From NCBI GenBank assembly GCA_965603515.1, contig CBFDDH010000007.1:1231-65230 (forward strand): DNA of 64,000 nt. The letters are read 5' to 3'. A model generated the notes under the pieces. It did not search any database and was not told the origin of the DNA. It worked only from the letters and a program-made list of their open reading frames with translations. This stretch comes from an uncultured bacterium. Lineage in GTDB: Bacteria; Hydrothermota; Tepidihabitantia; SM23-42. Positions 58,785-64,000 of this stretch are shown here, piece by piece. The first letter of the stretch is position 1. Every line of letters starts with the position of its first letter. Position numbers and translations under genes: made by a program.

Positions 58785-60077
58785 CTAACGAACTTTGACT
58801 ATCTTTTGCATTATTTTGCCGTCTATCTCAATAAAATAAATGCCGGGCTGTACGTGCAAAACATCGATCTGTCGCCCGGTGATATCGTAGACATCACACT
58901 TCTTACCGGCAGGTAAGTACAACGGTCCGCTGATTATTGTAGCATGGAAGAATTCGTTATCTTGCCAAAAACCTGGTGTCTGTTCTACACCGAGTTGAAT
59001 ATCCAAATTACCAAATATATCATAGTTACCCCCGCAGAATTGTTGCCAGGCCACCAAAGACTCAGCATTACCGATCGCCAAAGACGGGAAATCGCGGGTG
59101 CAACTTACTGTATCTGAAATCCGGAAGTTGCTGCCAACAAGTTCCCCTGACATTGATACGCGCTGGCCAAAAATGGCGCAGTCCTGGCTCCACACCACAA
59201 GATAAAAACTATCACCAGCGCAGACGCGTGCTCCGTATTGATAGGGAGAATCATCTGCAATGGCGATAGCAGCGCCGATCAGATCGCCATCTACTGAAAC
59301 GAGCTGTCCATACACATCATCATCATAGTATGGTGACGGCTCGTTCCAAACAACCAGATAACTACTATCACCAAAAGCAATATCCGGGTCTAATAGGGCA
59401 TCCTCTGACAATACTCTGATGACAAACTCATGATCTTCAGGCTGACATTCAGAGTTTATGAATCGACCGAAAAGACCAGCTGGGTTATGGTTATAGTTAT
59501 ACCAAACCGCAAAATACCGCTCACCATCAAAAGCTACGGCTGGTCGGTATTCACAATAAGCCCCCATGCCAAAAACCACACCAGAATCAAGAACTGCGCC
59601 GTCAGGGGTCACACGCGCTGCCTGAACCTTGTATTCACCGCCAAAAGTACCGTCTGACCAGACTACCAGGTAATTATCACCACCAAAAACGATATCTGGT
59701 TCGCGCGAGACTTCGCTATCAGCTTTCACAAGTATCGTGTTTAGCATCTGAAGCTCTGGAGTGACCCGCACCCCGATTATATTTCCGATATTTCAACAAC
59801 CGTAGCGGAAAACAAATAGAAGGTTCTGTCCATCATAGGCAGTACGGATACCGTATGTTGAATACCCTTGATAAAAGAATACGCCGGTCGAGTCAATCAC
59901 CGTGCCGTCTGGTTTCACGCGTGCACCATAAATTGACATTGACTGCCGGAAATCTGACCAGAACACATAATATAAACTGTCAACAAAGATAACACTTGGC
60001 TGAAATTGAGATTCCGAGTGTCCACATATAGTGAAATCAGCATTTATAAAAACTAAACATAAGCTAAGTAGAAACAT
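58785..60077 (-). CDS. Secreted beta-propeller-like repeat protein with C-terminal sorting-type domain; one 430-aa ORF if TGA 59793-59795 is decoded (putative selenoprotein, motif GC-U-N)
   Basis: Two track ORFs in the same frame; reads FRYGC*NIGNIIGVRVTPE; the repeat unit YLVVW..I.G.RV..DG occurs on both sides; the only signal peptide is upstream of the TGA. Confidence 0.8.
59758..59774 (-). promoter_or_regulatory. SECIS-like stem-loop
   Basis: GGGGTG-CGGGT-CACTCC (one G-U pair); loop 24 nt after TGA and identical to the loop at 45353-45357. Confidence 0.62.
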
Positions 60078-60157
60078 ATTATCCTCGGTTCACTAAATTG
60101 TAACTGCACTAGGAGTCAAGTCAAGAGGGTATGTTTCCTGTTTGATGCTCGAAGAAA

Positions 60158-60901
60158 TTATCTCCTACCTTTATGTACGAGAATATATTCCTTTGCCAGT
60201 TTACCAATGTCCTTGGCAATATCTTCAGAGAGATGAACCTTTTTCAGATATTCTTCATTTGCATCATTGCTGTCCCTAAGAGTCGCCTCAATAATAGCAA
60301 GGTCTGCATCTTTGACCAGATCATATAACGGCGCACCGGATCCGGTATCACCGCTTATCGCAATGATTTCTCCCTTAAAGGTAATTCTATAACACAAAGC
60401 AGGCAGGTGATTTGTTATACCTACCCCCTTGATACTACCAAAATGAACCGCAGCATAGGCTTTAATATTCATCGCCGCAAGATCCGCGCTTTGTCCCGGC
60501 TGCAGATCCGTCACCTTGATGTGAAACGGTAAAGTTGTCGAGTATTTCTGAAGGAAACAGTTGACCATGCATTTCACTTCATCACAACCTTTTGGTACGA
60601 ATATCTTGAGCATTTGTTCACGACCGATCATGCGCAAAAAGCCAAGCAATGAGTAGAGACCGCCGATATGGTCAAAATGACCGTGGGTGAAGATCAGACC
60701 TTTTAATTGCCCCCATTTAAAATCGCAAGACTGCAAGTCACGCAGTACGCCATCGCCGGCATCAACCAGAATTGCATCCCTATCATGACTCACCATTATT
60801 TGCTGAGCCACACCTGCTTTCGAATACAGAATATTGACTGCTAAATACTTGCCACACCACGATTTCATCTTTACCGAGTGATCGCTATTTTTTCTCGTCA
60901 T
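60158..60901 (-). CDS. RNase Z/BN-like MBL-fold hydrolase
   Basis: DAGDG, THGHFDH, H(FG), SGDT, IEAT, terminal LVH. Confidence 0.75.
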   Translation of the reverse strand: MTRKNSDHSVKMKSWCGKYLAVNILYSKAGVAQQIMVSHDRDAILVDAGDGVLRDLQSCDFKWGQLKGLIFTHGHFDHIGGLYSLLGFLRMIGREQMLKIFVPKGCDEVKCMVNCFLQKYSTTLPFHIKVTDLQPGQSADLAAMNIKAYAAVHFGSIKGVGITNHLPALCYRITFKGEIIAISGDTGSGAPLYDLVKDADLAIIEATLRDSNDANEEYLKKVHLSEDIAKDIGKLAKEYILVHKGRR

Positions 60902-61271
60902 TGGCTCCGATTATCGCGTTCGCAAGCTCTCTCATACGATTAATATCAGCACCGTATTTCTTACCGTAATCACGAAGAACATTTCCTTCAAGGATCAGCG
61001 TTTTGACTTCTTTTTGCAGTGGCACAACAGAAAGATCCATGATATCCAACAAATACGTGAAGTACACATCTGCCTCTTTAGGCTTCAGTTTTTTACTCTC
61101 AAGCTGCGCGCAAAGATCCAGCGAAATATAAGCGATTTCTTTACCTGCTTTTTTGTACTCATTCTGTTTCAGGAGTTCGATCAATGGCACCATCTTCTTT
61201 TCTACATGTCTCGGCCAGCGTCTGAGCATGCGACCAAAAGATTTGAAGAATACTCTAAAGTAACTAAACAT
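60885..61271 (-). CDS. Hypothetical protein
   Basis: 128-aa ORF overlapping the downstream MBL gene start. Confidence 0.5.
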   Translation of the reverse strand: MFSYFRVFFKSFGRMLRRWPRHVEKKMVPLIELLKQNEYKKAGKEIAYISLDLCAQLESKKLKPKEADVYFTYLLDIMDLSVVPLQKEVKTLILEGNVLRDYGKKYGADINRMRELANAIIGANDEKK

Positions 61272-61399
61272 ATTCCAACTGGAGATAGTCTAGGTATAAT
61301 TATCGACTTGTCAAGTTAAACATGAAAGCTTTTTCTAACCTATTGACAGGTTTCATATTTTTATTAGAATCTTAGGCTGATGAATGAAGGAGGATTACA

Positions 61400-61576
61400 A
61401 TGAACATGTGGCAGTGCACTGTCTGCAATTATGTGTATGAACCACAACTCGGCGATCCTGATAATGGCATCATAGCGGGTACCTCTTTTGAGGATCTGCC
61501 AGACGAATGGATCTGTCCAGTTTGCAGTGCGGCGAGTGACCTCTTCGCGCCCTATGTGAACGAAGAAGAGATGTAG
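61400..61576 (+). CDS. Rubredoxin (58 aa, not in ORF track)
   Basis: [21 protein letters not shown]...[13 protein letters not shown]; AAGGAGG RBS. Confidence 0.95.
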   Translation: MNMWQCTVCNYVYEPQLGDPDNGIIAGTSFEDLPDEWICPVCSAASDLFAPYVNEEEM

Positions 61577-61603
61577 TATTACCATAATCCGCACGAGGAA
61601 TAA

Positions 61604-62221
61604 ATGGATAAATTTACGTTAATAATAGGTTTGGTCGGCATTATCTTGCTGGTCGTCGCCATTGTTGTAATTATTACTGCTATTATAAGTTTAATAAAAA
61701 AGAAAACAACCTTTAGAAAATTCTTATCTTCAATCATTGTCTTTCTAATATTATTTGCTTTTGCAACATCATTCATTTACCTTTCGTTATTCCTCCAGAC
61801 TTTTTCACGGTATACCAGCGAACATCAACTGGGCTGGGTCTATGTTGAAGAAAAAACTGATACAATGGGAATAACCTACTATGACGGAGTGAATAACCGC
61901 TATCACTGGTTCGAAATTCCTGGCGAACAATGGATGATCGACGGTTATTTTCTGAGATGGAATCTTGCTTTGCGTTGGTTAGGCGCTGGTGCTTATTATC
62001 GCGTGACGAGGTTTACCGGACGCTGGTCAAACCCTGAAAAACAAATAGCTTCAGTCTATCAAATACAGCCGGAAACAAAGTTGTGGAGATTTTTACTGAA
62101 GCATGGGAATAAAATACCGTTCATCGATGCAGCTTATGGTATCGGGGCATTCCAGTACCCGAACAAAGATACTGTCGATATCTACATCAATGATACAGGA
62201 TTTATTTTAAGAATCCGTTAG
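61604..62221 (+). CDS. Conserved hypothetical membrane protein
   Basis: Two N-terminal TMs; GEQWMIDG..LRW..YRVTRFTGR pattern. Confidence 0.6.
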   Translation: MDKFTLIIGLVGIILLVVAIVVIITAIISLIKKKTTFRKFLSSIIVFLILFAFATSFIYLSLFLQTFSRYTSEHQLGWVYVEEKTDTMGITYYDGVNNRYHWFEIPGEQWMIDGYFLRWNLALRWLGAGAYYRVTRFTGRWSNPEKQIASVYQIQPETKLWRFLLKHGNKIPFIDAAYGIGAFQYPNKDTVDIYINDTGFILRIR

Positions 62222-62342
62222 ATCGCAACATATTCATACATCACCTTGTGGTTCTTAATCTTACCAAGGATGCACTTGCATATTTTCAATAAATAACTAT
62301 ACTCTTTGAATATAAATAGTGACCTAGAAAAAGGGAGGTTAT

Positions 62343-63461
62343 ATGCCTGACGTTTACACTGAGGTCAAAAAGACTGGTTGGGGACAGAATATCGTGAAGT
62401 CGATAATAGGTGTACTTGTCGGCACTATTATGTTCATCGTTTCATTTGTGGTTTTATGGAACAGTGAAGGTCGGATCAATCTCGGTACGGTCGCTGAAAA
62501 AGCTATTGTCGTTGACCATGGCTCACTTCAATCATCCGCACAAGGTGAACTGGTAGCCTTAACCGGACCCATTAAAACGAGCGAATTGCTCGGTGACCCC
62601 AAATACCTGAAACCGGGAAAATACATCATGCTTGACCGTATAGTGGAGATGTATGCATGGATTGAAGAAACCGAAACTGAAACAAAGAAAAAAACCGGTG
62701 GTGGTACTGAAGAAAAAACAACTTATCGTTATAAAAAAGACTGGATATCAAATCCGCAGGAATCGAGTGAATTTAAAATACCAGAGGGCCATGAAAATCC
62801 ATTGATGTCAGTAAAACCGAAAACCTTTTACGTAGATGAAGCTAAAATCGGTATATATTCTTTTGATAATAAAACAGCCACATTACCCAAATCGGAAAAC
62901 ATTGAACTAAACAGAAGTATCGCCATCGCACATTGGGATGTAAGGCTGATCGGCAGTGACTATGTGTTCAAGGGATCGGGGTCATACGGAAATCCAAGGG
63001 TCGGTGACCTCCGGATAAGTTTTAAAGGAGTTCATGCAGGAATAAAGGTAACCCTTTTTGGTAAACTGGACGGTAAAGAAATCGTTACCTACTACCATAA
63101 AGGTAAAACACGACTTTACCGGGCTTTTACCGGAACAAAAGATGAAGCGATAATTCAATTGAAGACCGAGCACAAAGTGATGGGTTGGATATTGAGGATC
63201 ATTGGCTTCGTACTGATGTGGATCGGCCTTTCTCTTATACTCGGACCGATAAGTGCATTCCTTGATGTCCTGCCATTTTTAGGCAAGGTTGGTCGGGGGG
63301 TAATCGGTGTAATCACCTTTGTTATCGCCCTTGTTCTCTCTTTAATCACCATTCTTGTTTCGATGATCTTTCACAACACGATTGCGCTTATTCTTCTCAT
63401 TATCACAGTAATTGTGGTAATCTACCTGTTTGTCGGTCGGAAGAAAAAAACCGTTAAGTAA
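62343..63461 (+). CDS. TMEM43-family membrane protein
   Basis: VLWNSEGR, LDRIVEMYAWIE, PRVGDLRISF, C-terminal three TMs. Confidence 0.85.
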   Translation: MPDVYTEVKKTGWGQNIVKSIIGVLVGTIMFIVSFVVLWNSEGRINLGTVAEKAIVVDHGSLQSSAQGELVALTGPIKTSELLGDPKYLKPGKYIMLDRIVEMYAWIEETETETKKKTGGGTEEKTTYRYKKDWISNPQESSEFKIPEGHENPLMSVKPKTFYVDEAKIGIYSFDNKTATLPKSENIELNRSIAIAHWDVRLIGSDYVFKGSGSYGNPRVGDLRISFKGVHAGIKVTLFGKLDGKEIVTYYHKGKTRLYRAFTGTKDEAIIQLKTEHKVMGWILRIIGFVLMWIGLSLILGPISAFLDVLPFLGKVGRGVIGVITFVIALVLSLITILVSMIFHNTIALILLIITVIVVIYLFVGRKKKTVK

Positions 63462-63500
63462 TGAAAAACTCAACGGTGAATAATTTCTGCCTTACAATCA

Positions 63501-63524
63501 AAAAGCCCCCATTCGGGGGCTTTT
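63501..63524. terminator. Bidirectional intrinsic terminator
   Basis: AAAAGCCCCC-ATTC-GGGGGCTTTT. Confidence 0.85.
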
Positions 63525-63537
63525 GATTTGTTTGTTT

Positions 63538-63753
63538 TTATTCGCGTTCAACACGCTCAATCTGTGTGGCTTTTTCCCCTTTTGGGGAATCGGTAATTTC
63601 GAACTTAACTCTCTCGCCTTCTCTAAGGGTCCTGTACCCATCACCTGCAATATCTGCATAATGGGCAAAAACATCACCTGACCCATCTTCTTTCTCAATA
63701 AAACCGTATCCCTTCTTACCATCAAACCACTTCACATTTCCGTAGGTTGGCAT
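63538..63753 (-). CDS. Cold-shock protein (CspA family)
   Basis: VKWFDGKKGYGFI, DVFAHY, YRTLREGE. Confidence 0.95.
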   Translation of the reverse strand: MPTYGNVKWFDGKKGYGFIEKEDGSGDVFAHYADIAGDGYRTLREGERVKFEITDSPKGEKATQIERVERE

Positions 63754-63898
63754 TTATTTCTCCTTTCAAGCTTTACTCATTTTGTTGAAAAAGGACATGT
63801 AAAGTGCACATCCTCCAACTTACGGTATAGCTTGATTTTATTTTACACAAATCAAATAATTTGTCAAGAGGTTTTTTCTCGAAACTACGAATCCTGGT

Positions 63899-64000
63899 CT
63901 ACTCGATCACAACAACTTTCTTGCAGAGCACCTCATTATTATTATCGTAAACGACAAAATATATGCCAGAATTGAGACCGCTGAACGGCCCGCAACCTGA
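63899..64000 (-). CDS. 3' end of another secreted protein with a sorting-type C-terminus (runs off window end)
   Basis: Manual translation ...LNSGIYFVVYDNNNEVLCKKVVVIE*. Confidence 0.75.
   Translation of the reverse strand, partial: SGCGPFSGLNSGIYFVVYDNNNEVLCKKVVVIE

Noticed and set aside
36812-59771. Track ORFs 36812..38254, 41268..42146, 44370..45371 and 58785..59771 as independent genes
   Set aside because: They lack an RBS and signal peptide, three start at GTG and one mid-repeat, and all are in frame with an upstream signal-peptide ORF.
62343-63461. TMEM43 homologue as a eukaryote-derived gene
   Set aside because: Bacterial TMEM43-family proteins are already known; nothing here indicates recent transfer.
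417-63725. The many 60-265 aa track ORFs overlapping confident genes (e.g. 51099..51896, 34195..34650, 32289..32528)
   Set aside because: Antisense or alternate-frame shadows with no motifs or RBS.
63960-64000. Start of a structured ncRNA at the window end
   Set aside because: The minus strand reads as the C-terminal sorting-type domain of a truncated CDS.

Overview
64 kb of bacterial chromosome with no rRNA, CRISPR array or intact mobile element. The many secreted proteins ending in a T9SS/FlgD-Ig-like C-terminal domain, plus a C25 peptidase, suggest an FCB-like lineage such as WOR-3 (inference only). Housekeeping genes include recR, pyrG, lptC/lptA-like/lptB, glyQ-glyS-aspS, purN and tRNA-Val(CAC). 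Accessory blocks include a TetR/TolC/RND efflux operon, a TAXI TRAP transporter, a Hanks-type kinase and an HtrA-like protease. Main finding: four unrelated secreted proteins are each split by one in-frame TGA (36689, 42168, 45390, 59793). In each case the frame and the domain continue after the TGA, a Cys is adjacent or close, and a SECIS-like hairpin follows 20-32 nt downstream, twice with the same CGGGU loop. This points to a set of secreted selenoproteins or programmed UGA readthrough that normal ORF calling would miss. Also notable: a four-gene candidate defence operon (novel protein, two DUF2791/BrxD-like ATPases, Lhr-like helicase), a decayed integrative island at tRNA-Val, frequent leaderless promoters, and dispersed palindromic repeats.
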